Of a stretch of 64,000 nt of DNA, positions 10,680-21,900 are shown in pieces. Each line of letters opens with the position of its first letter. Within the stretch, counting starts at the first letter, position 1. The stretch lies in IMG/VR virus record IMGVR_UViG_3300025132_000023, positions 32,168-96,167 of that record, one strand, 5' to 3'. Origin of the DNA: a virus. The notes beneath the pieces are model-generated. The model was not told the origin of the DNA and searched no databases. It saw only the letters and a program-made list of their open reading frames with translations. Position numbers and translations under genes: made by a program.

Positions 10680-12768
10680 CTTGTGTTACCTCCACTAAAT
10701 CCTTCTTTTCAAGCCGTCCCATAAGTGTATACATCTGGTCTTGAATAACTTCCCCTTTCTTTTCATATTCTAATAACTCTATATATACAGATGAATTATC
10801 TATAATATGTTGAACCTTTTCTTTAACTGCATCTACTAAACCTTGAACAATATCATCTTGATTTTTCTCCGCTAGTTTAATTAATTCTTTTAACATATCT
10901 AATTGTTTCTTTTCAACATCTTCATCCAATATGCGATTCTTCATGCCATTTAATTTCCTACTTCCATAATAATAATCTAACTTGATAATAGTATGCAGGA
11001 TACTTGAAGGAGTAACATCGTGTAGATTTTCATCATATTCTTCAAACTCATCTAATAGTGTATTTAATGTATTGGTTTTTGTCATTGATATGTCTATTCC
11101 ATCATCAGCATCTCTAAAGTTTTTCAGTTGGCTAACAAATATTTTAGCCTTTTCCATAGACACTCCAAGATGATTAAATTTATACATATCTTTAACAGGT
11201 TTAAACATTGGCTCATCTGTTTTTCTACCTTCTAAAAGAGAAACTATTGAAATCGCCATTCTATTATTGCCTTTTCCGTAAAATTCTTTTAACTCATTAT
11301 TAACAGCAGCAACATCATTTCTTGCTGTTTTAATAATTTCAGGTAGTTTTTCAAATAAATCTACTTCTTCCTTGGTGAATAAATTTGTTCCCTGTTGTTC
11401 ACCTTGGTAATATTTTTCTAAAGTTTGTAAATCATCTACTACTGCTCTTGCTTCGTCAGAACTAGAGTTCATAACATATGTATAAAACTTAGGAAATTCT
11501 TCTCCTCTCTTTCTATAAATATTTCTTAATTCTTTAATTTTCTCAGGAGCAACACCGGAGGGGTGAGTTTTAACATAACTATCTCTTTTACCGCCTTCTC
11601 CCCTATCATAAGATTCTGCTCTATCATCTCTAGTGTAATACTCTGATTGTTTATCTTTAGCCTTTTCAAACAATGCTACCAACTGTGAAGAAACTTTTCT
11701 TTTTGTTTTTACTTCTTCTCCTGTTTCCACAACGTTTCTTAAATTTAAAGTCCCGGATGTTAATATCGTTTCTAACGTTGCAGAAACTCCAACTTTCCCC
11801 TTAATCATTAATAACGATTGTCTTGCATTTTCAATAGCCTTTTTGCTTTTTGTTTTAGGCGTAGGCATAAATTCTATTTTCTTTCTCCAGCCTTTGCTTC
11901 CTAATAACTTTAAGTAGTTTAATGCATCTTCTTCGCCTTCTACCTTATTAGTATAACTATTTGCATCTATGCTTTCTTTTTCTCTTTGCACCCTATCAGA
12001 AACATCTGCCTTTCCTAATAGTTTCAATAGAACAGATTTACTAGCACCACCAGTTCTAGTAAATTTAATTTGGTTCCCTGTGCTTCTTTGTTCAAACTTA
12101 TTGATAATATCTTTTACTTGCTCTAAATGGTTAGGAGTAATTACTAATGGGCCATTTTCTATTTTGGCTTTCCCTAAAGTAATCACAATTTCAGAACCTG
12201 TTTTTTCAACAGTAACATTATAGTCTTTAAAAGCCTCTTGTATTTCTTTCATTGCGCCTACTTGCTTAGTTCTATATTCTTTGTCTGTTATGTAATACAA
12301 TAGTTCATCATCATCTTCATCTATCAACTCTAATAGTTCAGCCTTGTGCCTTGATAATACATCCATCTTACGTTGTCTATTTTTACCAGCCCAACTTCTA
12401 AACCCCTTACCTACAAACTTCTGTAGGGGTTTCTTGTCACCTTCTTTAAGGGACTCTAATATCTCATCAAATTTAAATTCTGATGTAGACTTTTCTTGAC
12501 GCTTTTTACTTTCTGCTGTAAGTATCTTATTTAGTCCTTCAACCACTTTCAATGCTTCTGCGGCAATAGTATCTTCTTGTTCTTTAAATTCACTAGGGAT
12601 TTGTTTCTTTTGAGAAAGAGCAGTAACTTTATTTTTAACACGAATAATGTTTGTCTTATCTTCTTTCTCTGCTTCACCTAAGATATAATCTGCACCTTTA
12701 TCTGTAGTTAAAAAACCCGCAACATTTGCAGGTTTTGGCAAAGCCTTTAACAAATTTTCCCAAGCCAC
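10669..12768 (-). CDS. Large hypothetical protein (699 aa) with W-motif
   Basis: MAWENLLKA start. Confidence 0.8.
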   Translation of the reverse strand: MAWENLLKALPKPANVAGFLTTDKGADYILGEAEKEDKTNIIRVKNKVTALSQKKQIPSEFKEQEDTIAAEALKVVEGLNKILTAESKKRQEKSTSEFKFDEILESLKEGDKKPLQKFVGKGFRSWAGKNRQRKMDVLSRHKAELLELIDEDDDELLYYITDKEYRTKQVGAMKEIQEAFKDYNVTVEKTGSEIVITLGKAKIENGPLVITPNHLEQVKDIINKFEQRSTGNQIKFTRTGGASKSVLLKLLGKADVSDRVQREKESIDANSYTNKVEGEEDALNYLKLLGSKGWRKKIEFMPTPKTKSKKAIENARQSLLMIKGKVGVSATLETILTSGTLNLRNVVETGEEVKTKRKVSSQLVALFEKAKDKQSEYYTRDDRAESYDRGEGGKRDSYVKTHPSGVAPEKIKELRNIYRKRGEEFPKFYTYVMNSSSDEARAVVDDLQTLEKYYQGEQQGTNLFTKEEVDLFEKLPEIIKTARNDVAAVNNELKEFYGKGNNRMAISIVSLLEGRKTDEPMFKPVKDMYKFNHLGVSMEKAKIFVSQLKNFRDADDGIDISMTKTNTLNTLLDEFEEYDENLHDVTPSSILHTIIKLDYYYGSRKLNGMKNRILDEDVEKKQLDMLKELIKLAEKNQDDIVQGLVDAVKEKVQHIIDNSSVYIELLEYEKKGEVIQDQMYTLMGRLEKKDLVEVTQDGD

Positions 12769-12772
12769 TCAA

Positions 12773-13630
12773 TCACGCCGTAAACCAATCATCTTCTTTT
12801 ATTCCTTCTGGTATAAACAAGAAGGATTTATTTGGATTCTTTCTGACTTCTTCTTTAAAGCCAGTTACAAAATCCGGTTTGTCCATGTTTGGTGCAACGC
12901 TTCGACCCCTATTTGTTACCTCAGGGAATCCTTTTAAGTTGTCATCTTTGAGCCTTTGTCTATTTAATCGGAAAAGACCCTTCTCAACCAAACTCATTAT
13001 TATTGGATTTTCCCCATGCTTTAGATTTACTAGTTTACCCAAACCAAACTGTTCCATCATGGCTCTTTGTTTTTTAAGGGCACTCTTACTATTATCATCA
13101 TACCATGTTCTAATGTATAGAACTGCTGCTTCTGCATTTGTTAAAGGAACATCGTCAGGCATAAACACCATGTCAGTATCGTGTGGTAAATCTATAGTAA
13201 CGCTATGGTAAGGTCTTTTAGTATCTTCCTTAATAGTAAGCCCTATCTCATTTGATGCCAAAGACCAAACTTGTCTACCATGTGATGCTTCTCGCTCTAA
13301 TGGAACCATACTTTGTCTATCCATCTTCCCCCACTTAGCCTCATTAAACTCTACGTCCCAATCGCGTAATTCCCAAGAGTCAATGTTTACTTTACCATAT
13401 ATTCCTCTTTGGGAATTACTCATTAATCTTGGCCTAAATTCGTTATTCTTTCTTTTAATCCACTTAGTCATAGTTCTTTCTTGATTGAACTTATCCATCC
13501 ATGTTCCTGTAGTATCAAAGACTAATGTTTTTAATTCTGGAAACTTATCCAGAAAGAAGAAACCTTCTTTTTCTCCACCCATTGTAGTGCCCATTTTAAG
13601 CACCTTTTCCCATATCTCTCTCTTATCCAT
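12773..13630 (-). CDS. Hypothetical protein with W-motif
   Basis: IWEKVLKM near the N-terminus; GGTGA RBS. Confidence 0.8.
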   Translation of the reverse strand: MDKREIWEKVLKMGTTMGGEKEGFFFLDKFPELKTLVFDTTGTWMDKFNQERTMTKWIKRKNNEFRPRLMSNSQRGIYGKVNIDSWELRDWDVEFNEAKWGKMDRQSMVPLEREASHGRQVWSLASNEIGLTIKEDTKRPYHSVTIDLPHDTDMVFMPDDVPLTNAEAAVLYIRTWYDDNSKSALKKQRAMMEQFGLGKLVNLKHGENPIIMSLVEKGLFRLNRQRLKDDNLKGFPEVTNRGRSVAPNMDKPDFVTGFKEEVRKNPNKSFLFIPEGIKEDDWFTA

Positions 13631-13638
13631 TTTATCAC

Positions 13639-14040
13639 CTAATCTTGAACTTCATCCCTACTTCTTTTTGTTTCTCCTGACTTACAATCCCAAGGGCGAA
13701 ATGCATGAACATCTTTTGCTCTTTGTCCGTTTGTTGGAGAACTAAAAGATTCTAATATTTCTTTATGTATATCACAAGATTGATGTCCACAGTTTCCGCA
13801 TTTCCATGTTGCTCTCATATTACATAATGGGTTTCTGCAAACGCATTCATCTTTTGTTTGTGGTGCAACATCTGTTTCAACTTTATCATCAGGTTTAGTT
13901 AAATCTGAAGTTTTAAACTTTGTTTTACTTTTACTCCTAGTCCTCTCAACATGGGGAGATGGTTCGCGGGTTAAAGGTTGTGGGCCGACAGGCCGAGGGC
14001 GATTGATTAGTTTGAGTATATTCGTCCATTCATTCGCCAT
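13639..14040 (-). CDS. Zinc-finger protein with W-motif
   Basis: Probable start MANEWTNILK at 14040; Cys/His cluster CVCRNPLC...CGNCGHQSCDIH. Confidence 0.7.
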   Translation of the reverse strand: MANEWTNILKLINRPRPVGPQPLTREPSPHVERTRSKSKTKFKTSDLTKPDDKVETDVAPQTKDECVCRNPLCNMRATWKCGNCGHQSCDIHKEILESFSSPTNGQRAKDVHAFRPWDCKSGETKRSRDEVQD

Positions 14041-14209
14041 ATGAAAACCTCTCATTTAATTTCTTCTTTCTCTCATCGCAACCGCAGCCTTTGCCTCTTA
14101 CTTCATTGATTGCGTAAACTGCTTTCTTAATACCTGTAGCAGTTGTGATTCTTTCTATGGTGTCACCCAAGCCTTTGTCTTCTTTAAGTAATGCTTTCTT
14201 CCAACTCAT
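14030..14209 (-). CDS. 59-aa protein not in the ORF track (MSWKKALLKEDKGLGDTIERITTATGIKK...GCGCDERKKKLN)
   Basis: Translated by hand; fills the gap in the operon. Confidence 0.75.
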   Translation of the reverse strand: MSWKKALLKEDKGLGDTIERITTATGIKKAVYAINEVRGKGCGCDERKKKLNERFSYGE

Positions 14210-14211
14210 AA

Positions 14212-14553
14212 TTACATATCTCCATATTGGAATAGGGTAGGAGAACTATCTGGTTTTACTGTTCTAGTTTGTACTAATGGTCTTTTTGCATCCATCTCTT
14301 GTTGCATATTAGAATGCAATAACTCTCTTACTTCAACAAACCATTCGTCTATCTGTTTAGCGATTTCTCCTAACCTCTTATCTTCAATTTGTTTAGCAGC
14401 CTGTTGAATGTTTTTACCACCTATTGATTGTCCTTTTACCATCTTTATTTGTCTTAAGATGTTATCCACCTTATTTAAATTAAAACGAATCCTTTTGGTG
14501 TCACCTGTGGCGTGAACCATTAAGTCCTGTTTAAGTATATCTTCCCATTTCAT
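14212..14553 (-). CDS. Hypothetical protein with W-motif
   Basis: MKWEDILKQ. Confidence 0.8.
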   Translation of the reverse strand: MKWEDILKQDLMVHATGDTKRIRFNLNKVDNILRQIKMVKGQSIGGKNIQQAAKQIEDKRLGEIAKQIDEWFVEVRELLHSNMQQEMDAKRPLVQTRTVKPDSSPTLFQYGDM

Positions 14554-15722
14554 ACTTCATTCCTCCTTGCGTCTAATGTTTCTTGTGTTACATCTGTTAA
14601 GTTATCCAAAGACTCTTTATGATTTTCTAATGCTTGAATCTCTTTTTGTTTATCTGCTACTGCTCCCGGCGATAATTGAATCTCTTTACTTCTTTGCCCC
14701 AACCTTTCGCTTATATCCTGAGTCCTCAATTTTTCGTCTTCTCTTTTTGTCTTGGCATTTTGAAGTTCTTGAATTAATTTATTTGTTGTGGGGTCTGATT
14801 TTGGGTCTTTCTTTAATCTTTCAAGCAAGGCATCATTTCTTTCATTTTCTTGTTGTTTTGTTTGTTCACGCCTAACTAATCCTGCTCTTGGTGTCCATTG
14901 TGGGGTATCTGTGCCAACAGGTGGTTTATTTCCACCATATGTTGTTTTAAGGTTCTTTCTCCAATTATCTCTTTTAGCCCTACTAAGTGGATTTAATATG
15001 TGAGACATTGTGCTTTGGCCTGTTTTACCTGAACCCGATAACATTGATAGTCTTTCACCCATGTTAGTTTTACCATCTGGGTTACGAAGTGCTTCTTCTC
15101 TTTCTGCATCGCTTAAGTGCGTGGTTTCTCCTATAACTTCCTCTCTTGTCTTACCACGAAGGTCGGATATTTTGTCTGCTGCTCCTGTTACTGCTTGTCC
15201 AAACTTTTTACCTGCTGCTCTCAATGGTGCAGTAAATGGGCTTTCAGTAGCATAACTTACTGCTGCATCACCTGTGCCCCTTAATGCACTTTCTGCAAGG
15301 TCTTTTGTTTTATCTTTAGCGCGAGATGCAGTATCTTTAATCTTTTTATTTCTTTCTGTTCTTTTGGCTTCTGCTTCCTTAACTTTTTGAGAATGTTCTT
15401 TATCTGCTTGTTCTTTTGCCTTTCTTCTTGCAGCGTCTTTCTTTTTCTTTGCTTCCATTTTTTCATTGTGTCTTTTCATTCTATCAGATACAACGGGAAA
15501 TTCTTCTAGTTGAGTAGTTTCTGGTGCGGTTGCTCTTTCTTGTCTTCTAGCAACTTTAGATTGAATCTCTTTTTTCTCTTTTCTTGAAACGCCTGTTTGA
15601 GTAACGGGTCTATCTTTTCTTGAACTCCTTAAACTTTCTTCTGCTAATCCTGCTCTTGCAGGGCTATCTTTTGGCGGGGTCGCCACCTTAGCGACTTCAA
15701 ACCAAGCAGCAGTTGCATTCAT
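14550..15722 (-). CDS. Basic, low-complexity/coiled-coil protein
   Basis: 390-aa K/R/E-rich ORF; WFEVAK near the start. Confidence 0.8.
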   Translation of the reverse strand: MNATAAWFEVAKVATPPKDSPARAGLAEESLRSSRKDRPVTQTGVSRKEKKEIQSKVARRQERATAPETTQLEEFPVVSDRMKRHNEKMEAKKKKDAARRKAKEQADKEHSQKVKEAEAKRTERNKKIKDTASRAKDKTKDLAESALRGTGDAAVSYATESPFTAPLRAAGKKFGQAVTGAADKISDLRGKTREEVIGETTHLSDAEREEALRNPDGKTNMGERLSMLSGSGKTGQSTMSHILNPLSRAKRDNWRKNLKTTYGGNKPPVGTDTPQWTPRAGLVRREQTKQQENERNDALLERLKKDPKSDPTTNKLIQELQNAKTKREDEKLRTQDISERLGQRSKEIQLSPGAVADKQKEIQALENHKESLDNLTDVTQETLDARRNEV

Positions 15723-15730
15723 TAAATCAC

Positions 15731-16072
15731 CTAATAATATGTTTCTGCTTGTCTTCTACCTTTGCGCGGCTGTGAACAAGCGGGGGCAGTTTTACTTCCT
15801 TTTTCTTCTACACAAATAGACCAAGATTGTTGATTCCATTCTTGATATTCTTTAATATTTTGTCCACGCCTTCCTATGATTAACCCTGCTGCGCCGGGTT
15901 TTGTTATTATTCTTATCTTTTTCATCATTCTATCTACAGTTATGCTAATTAGGTGTTTTGCCATCTTCTTTCTCTCAAAGAAACTCCACAAATTACTCCT
16001 AATCCTTTTATCTCCTGAAGGCCTATTTGACCTTGGACTTCTTGTTTTTAATAATTCAAACCATTCTTCCAT
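15731..16072 (-). CDS. KH-domain (GxxG) RNA-binding protein
   Basis: IRIITKPGAAGLIIGRRGQNIKE matches the KH signature. Confidence 0.7.
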   Translation of the reverse strand: MEEWFELLKTRSPRSNRPSGDKRIRSNLWSFFERKKMAKHLISITVDRMMKKIRIITKPGAAGLIIGRRGQNIKEYQEWNQQSWSICVEEKGSKTAPACSQPRKGRRQAETYY

Positions 16073-16076
16073 TAAA

Positions 16077-16373
16077 TCACCTCTCCTCTTGTCTTAACTT
16101 ATGTTGCCATGAGGAATCAAAAAATTGAGCATCTGTATCGCTCTTAGGGTCACTAACAAAACTTGGCTTTTTCATTTTAGGTAATTTATCTTGAACCATT
16201 TTAAGTCTATACAATACTACAAATCTATTACACTCATCACAAACTCTGCCATCACATAAAGGCTTACCATTGTTCCCAAATCCCTCATAGGGTTTACCAC
16301 ATAAAGCACAAATCTTTTCATCTTCCATATCTTCTGGTTGTCTAACCGTCTTAAGTGCTTTATCCCAACTCAT
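16077..16373 (-). CDS. Small zinc-finger protein with W-motif
   Basis: CALCG...CDEC; MSWDKALK. Confidence 0.75.
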   Translation of the reverse strand: MSWDKALKTVRQPEDMEDEKICALCGKPYEGFGNNGKPLCDGRVCDECNRFVVLYRLKMVQDKLPKMKKPSFVSDPKSDTDAQFFDSSWQHKLRQEER

Positions 16374-16374
16374 A

Positions 16375-17145
16375 TTATTCTTCCTCTAAAATGTCTCTTA
16401 ATATAACTTCTGTATCTAATAGAAATTTACTGTCTTTTGGCCCAACTAATGTGCTGGCTGTAATAAAAGCAAGACCTCTAAGAACAGTATCTATATGATA
16501 TTTCATTTTATCTGTTACTTTGGCATCAGCAGGTAATTTCTTTCTAGGAACCCTTGCCCATTCTTTACCGTCTTTCCTTTTATTCGCCTCTTGTTCTTTT
16601 ATATATTCTGGTGTTCCCCACCTATGCTCATCAGGATGATAAAAGTATGCCATTTCATCTTCTTTGGCTAATATCTCTTCCATTGATTTCATTACTGCAC
16701 CACCACGAAGTTTCTTCTGTTTAATGCGCCTAGTATCTCCTTCTTCATTTTTAACATAATCACAAATTGTATTATCATTTGTTAACTTAACCCACATTTC
16801 TGGAAAACTATCCATTTGAGTTCCATGATTTCTTAACCATACTTCTTTACAACTATCGCAAACATTCACATTTTTAGTTGCGTGCCTCCAAGAAGCAGGA
16901 TGAACCTCCATGCCTTCTCTTTCTAATGCCTCTCTAGTAACTTTAGGCGCACATTCTCTACATACTCTTGGAGTTGGTTGTCCTTCTAATCCTAAGTTTT
17001 TCCACTCCCTAGCAATTTGTTGTCTTCTTTTGTATGGGATGTTATAGATATATTCACCATTAACTTTAGGAACTTCTGCACCTACTCCTCTATATTGTCG
17101 CTTGCATTTTACGCAAGTGGCTTTTAATATGTTTTCCCAACTCAT
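16375..17145 (-). CDS. Zinc-binding hypothetical protein with W-motif
   Basis: Probable start MSWENILKA at 17145 with GGAG RBS; several CxxC. Confidence 0.75.
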   Translation of the reverse strand: MSWENILKATCVKCKRQYRGVGAEVPKVNGEYIYNIPYKRRQQIAREWKNLGLEGQPTPRVCRECAPKVTREALEREGMEVHPASWRHATKNVNVCDSCKEVWLRNHGTQMDSFPEMWVKLTNDNTICDYVKNEEGDTRRIKQKKLRGGAVMKSMEEILAKEDEMAYFYHPDEHRWGTPEYIKEQEANKRKDGKEWARVPRKKLPADAKVTDKMKYHIDTVLRGLAFITASTLVGPKDSKFLLDTEVILRDILEEE

Positions 17146-17798
17146 TGCATCTTCTCCTCCATCTTTTGTTTTACATCTAACCAAACTTGTGGATGATTCT
17201 GTGCTAATACTTCTTGAACAATCTGCATTTGCGCTACTATGATTGTATCCTGTCTCTTGTGAACTAACTTGCCCTTGAACTCCATTAGATACCGTAGGCT
17301 TTCCCTAATTTCTTTTGCCAACTTGGTCAAACTATCAATATATTTTGGATGCAATTCGTCCTCTTCAAAGAGAACATCAATCTTTTGCTCCAAACGGGTT
17401 ATGTTCTTCGATAGACTGTCTATCTCGTCTACCTCTTTCACGGCTATAATACTTGCCGCCGCCTTCTGAACCAATGGCTGAAGATGTTTCCTCATGTGCC
17501 TCTTTACCTGTTCTTCTGAACATTTCAAAAGCATAGACACGCCTTTGGGTGTAACAGCACCACTATGTAATTGCTGTTCTAATTCACCCCTTAACTCATG
17601 TATGCAGAAACTACACCGAGGATTAGAAGCATCTACATAATCCCCCATATGATTTCTATGATGCCTTGCAGTTGTTCCGCTAGGCCAATCCATTCTGTTA
17701 TCTAAATCATCGGCAGTAATTGCCATTGTCTCTAATTGTGCTTCTAAGTCATCACGTTCTTCGTGATTACATAATTTACATCTTCTTCGCTTTACCAT
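17142..17798 (-). CDS. Duplicated CxxC-H/HTH protein with coiled-coil tail; candidate terminase small subunit or regulator
   Basis: Two repeats CxxCxH...HxxxH followed by a helical oligomerisation-like region; function inferred. Confidence 0.45.
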   Translation of the reverse strand: MVKRRRCKLCNHEERDDLEAQLETMAITADDLDNRMDWPSGTTARHHRNHMGDYVDASNPRCSFCIHELRGELEQQLHSGAVTPKGVSMLLKCSEEQVKRHMRKHLQPLVQKAAASIIAVKEVDEIDSLSKNITRLEQKIDVLFEEDELHPKYIDSLTKLAKEIRESLRYLMEFKGKLVHKRQDTIIVAQMQIVQEVLAQNHPQVWLDVKQKMEEKMQ

Positions 17799-18979
17799 GC
17801 TAATACACTCTCCCAACTTTTCTTTACCTTAGTGTTCTTTTTCTTAGGTGCAGACTTTTTCTTTGGAACTTCCTTTTTCTCTACCAGACCCGGCATAAAT
17901 ACTGTTTCTTTTCCGGGGGTTCTCTTACAATGCCCAGATAGAATCGCAAGATTTTTCATCTGCCTTCTTGTAATATTAAGTGAAATACCCTTTACCTCAC
18001 CAATGAATTTATCATAGTCTGCTATTCTCTTAACAGTCTTACTGTCCTTTAAACCTATGTCAATAAAAGTAAATGCTTTTAATCTGCCATGTGCATGAGA
18101 ATCCCTAAACATACCTGTTGTTTTATTCATTCCCCAACCGGGATTATTTTTATCTCCAATCATTTCAGCAACATAGTCTTTAACTGCGTCTATTTGCATT
18201 AGTTCTGCCGCAGTAGTTCCTTTACCTGTATCTACAATCTTAAGTTTAAGATGTTCAAAACTAACATCTTCTTCTAGTGCTTTGACTACTTCACTTAAAA
18301 CATGAAGCAATCCGTTTTGGATTAACACCTTCTTGCGAATAAGCATCTTTTTAACTTCATACAAATCTCCACTACCTGCAAAGAACGCTTGCCACATTGG
18401 AGGCTCTGCTTGGTTTTCAGCAGTATTATACCAATCTGAAGAAACTGCTTTTATAGGCTCCTCTTTACCGCCAAATATTTTAGCCTTTAGATTTCTATAT
18501 TTAACATAGTCATCTGTTCTGTAATGTCCATAGACTTCAACAACATCTTCTTCCTCATCATAGTCTGCATTACTTCTATTGACTTCAGCCCAATTAGGAA
18601 TAGTAAATATAATGTTTCTAGGGTCATCTTTTGTGTCTCGCATATTTTTTAATTTTACATATACTTTAGTGACTTCCTTTTTATCTTGTTCTGTTATAGC
18701 CTCATTCATCTCTAACATATCATCTAGTAATTTAATTATGTTATGTCCACCGTCAGGTATTTCGTTTTCCTTATTCCTAGATACTTCCAACTCACCATGA
18801 CTTGCAACTAAATCGAGTAATGTTTTATCAGAAGTTATACCTAAAGCATCTCCTTTCGCAGACTCACATTCAGTCTTCCAACCTTCATATGCATCTTTAA
18901 ACTTAGAAGAATCAAATGTTTGGGTTCCTTGAGAGCCATCAATATTAACTACTGTTGAGGACTTCTTCTCTTTAACCAT
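17792..18979 (-). CDS. Hypothetical protein
   Basis: Long ORF; GGAGG RBS before ATG at 18979. Confidence 0.8.
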   Translation of the reverse strand: MVKEKKSSTVVNIDGSQGTQTFDSSKFKDAYEGWKTECESAKGDALGITSDKTLLDLVASHGELEVSRNKENEIPDGGHNIIKLLDDMLEMNEAITEQDKKEVTKVYVKLKNMRDTKDDPRNIIFTIPNWAEVNRSNADYDEEEDVVEVYGHYRTDDYVKYRNLKAKIFGGKEEPIKAVSSDWYNTAENQAEPPMWQAFFAGSGDLYEVKKMLIRKKVLIQNGLLHVLSEVVKALEEDVSFEHLKLKIVDTGKGTTAAELMQIDAVKDYVAEMIGDKNNPGWGMNKTTGMFRDSHAHGRLKAFTFIDIGLKDSKTVKRIADYDKFIGEVKGISLNITRRQMKNLAILSGHCKRTPGKETVFMPGLVEKKEVPKKKSAPKKKNTKVKKSWESVLAW

Positions 18980-18980
18980 A

Positions 18981-21900
18981 TTATTCCTCCTTACGATTAT
19001 CCTCATGTGTTGACATTAAACCTGCCGTCCCTGCCACAGCAGCACCCGCCAACGGTATTACCTTTTCCATATCGCATTTACAATCTCCGCCGCAACTACA
19101 ATCTTTCTTTTTTCCACCATAGGATATATTGAATAAAGCATCAGTTCCTCCACCTGATGATAATATTGCTCCACCTTCTTTAATTATATTCCACCACTTC
19201 ATAATCTGTTCACTTCCGTTATTAAATCTTCATAGTATTCGCTATCTGGATTGTGTAGTATCCAAACTTCTTTTTCCTTTTCTTTAATTAGAACTCCTAG
19301 CGGGTCGGTTCTTTGAAACCCGAATGTATTTACAAAGTCTGTAGGAATATCGAAGTTTTTAGTAAGAGTCTGCGAGCGAATTTTATAGTCGCTTTTGAAT
19401 AAATTAAACCACATATTAATTATACTCCTTTATTGCTGTTTTAATTTTAGAATATAATGGGTGCTTTGTATAAAAATTAATTTTATATTTATCTCCTTCT
19501 ACTTCTGGGGGAATGGGTTTAAAAACGTTTTCAGGATTATCACTCTTTATTTCAATAATCATCACATTAGTAGGTTCTTGTTTTACTTCTTCTTTAAAGC
19601 CCATAGCCTCATGGTATGTTTTTATATGTTCATCATTAAAAAATTCAAATCCATCTTTTCCTACAAAAGGTATTTTTGGCGCACCCATCCATTCTAAGTT
19701 TCTATTCATTCTTTCAACTGCATCATCCGTCATGTCACCTCTAACCCATTGATTCATAATTCCTTCTCCCGCAGATTTACCGTGCTTTCCATGTGTCTCT
19801 AGGAAAAAAGGAATGACTTTTGGTTTGAAAAAATCTGCCTTTATTTCTTTAGGAGAAACATCATCTTTAGTTCGTTGTAACATTTTGTCTGATAAAGTGT
19901 CAAATTTAATCCAATTAAAAAGAACCCCTCCTGCCTTCTTATCTTCCTTACTTACTGCTACAATAAATTTAGTTAAATCCCCCCAACGATTCGGCTTCCC
20001 ATGTCCTCCACTAAGAAACTTATTAATTTGTTTTTTTGTGAACTCCTGTTTTTCAATTAACTCAAACCAATTCATTCAATCCCATCCCCTTTTTGCTGGC
20101 TTTCTTCTGGGTATCTTTTTTCTTGGACTTACAACAGCATCTTTCCAATCTCTATGTTCTTCCCTATACCTTTCAGAAGGTTTCATCTCTCCTTCAGTTA
20201 TATGTCCTACTCCTACCTGATGTGGTTTAAGGTCGTTAGTGTCCTTTAGTGGAGAATAAAGGTCTACACAATCTTGCCATTGGTCTATAATGTCATCCAT
20301 ACTTAGCCTGCCACTTTCATCTTTTTGTGTCATCGCATATAAATCAACACCGAAAAGTTTTGCACTCTTTTCTTCAAGATTTTCGCTTTCAAACAAATTA
20401 CTAATGGTTACACAGTTCATGTTTCTAATAGTGTTGGTAATTTTCTTTATGTTAGCAGCAGTATTGTCAGCCATAGTAGACTCTAATACATACTCTGTTA
20501 ACATTTCTTTAACCTGCTCACAACAAAACTCATCATTTTCTGCTACCATAACATCTTCTTCCATTGTTACAGGATACACTTGGCTTATCTCGTCTTCAGC
20601 CATTCCTCCTTCTTTGGTGTATGGCTGGTCTTCATCGTCTTCTGGTGCTGAAGGCTGACCTCCTCTATTTGGGCCACCACCGCCACCGCCTCCTCCGCGC
20701 CTATTATCTAGTTCGGTGTCCCTTTCAACCTTAGTCTTCCATTTACCATCAGGCCCCTTAGTTCTGACCTTTATTATATCTTCCCACTTCATCTTAAATC
20801 CTCCATTCCGGTACAGTTCTCATAAATAAACATTGTCTCATTTACAATTTTTGATAGTGAATCTAAATAAATTCTTCTGTAATTGTTTGCTTTTGGTTCT
20901 GGATTTGCGTGATTAAGTGCTTCTTGCAACTTTGAAAAGTATTTAACAAAATCTCCATCTCTTGCTTGCACATAATCAAAAACTTCTTTCTCTCTTCTAA
21001 ATTCAGTATATTTTTGAAACAACGGGCCTACCTGTTTATTGAAATAATCCATTGCTGGTTTAACACATCTATCTGATTTAAGTATTGTTTCCCAGTTCAT
21101 GTCATTTCCTCTTTTAGTATTTGTTGTATTCCTGTTCCTCTCTTAATATTTGTCTTATTGTTTTCTTAAACCTGTCAGACTTTACTCCACCAACTTCTAA
21201 ATATGCGCTCATTAATCCCCGAATTAAATCCTTTGTTTTTGGTGAATCCTTCTCTAAATAAAACTTATAATAAAAGCGTTCTTTGTTATTAAACAATTCT
21301 GTTACTAATTTTTCTTCTACTTGTGCTGTAAGATTTCTAAACTGTCTTGCCATTATATCACCCGATAAAATGTCTTTTTTCCGTTCCTCCCAACACCGCG
21401 TTCCTGCTTAGTTGTAATATCCATACTCTCTAATCTCTTTCTAAGGAAAGAAGTTAAGTTTTCATCACTATCTTTTAGACCCGGATTCTGTTCCCTTAAT
21501 GATTTAACAATGTCATCAATTGATGACCACCCTTCTGCAATGCTGAAATAACTAGTAATTTGTTTTTCTAAAGAATCGTAAAATTCATTGCTTCTCTTTC
21601 CATGTTTCTTCCTAAGATAATCTAAGTGTTTCATATCGTTAGGCTGTGCATACTTTTCAGCAAGCATTTCAAACTCCTTCATTTCTGAAGACTTAACTAA
21701 TTCAAACCAAGTCATGTTTTCTGCATCCTTTCTGCACACTCTCGACAAAACGTCAAATCAATTTGCTTACCCTTAGCACTCTTACCATAGTCAATAGTGA
21801 ATCTATTACGCGCACCCAACATTCTACCACACATAGCACATTTATTCTTAGGCATAGTTTTAGTGGCCTTTGGTTTAATCGCTTCCATTGCTCCTCCTCC

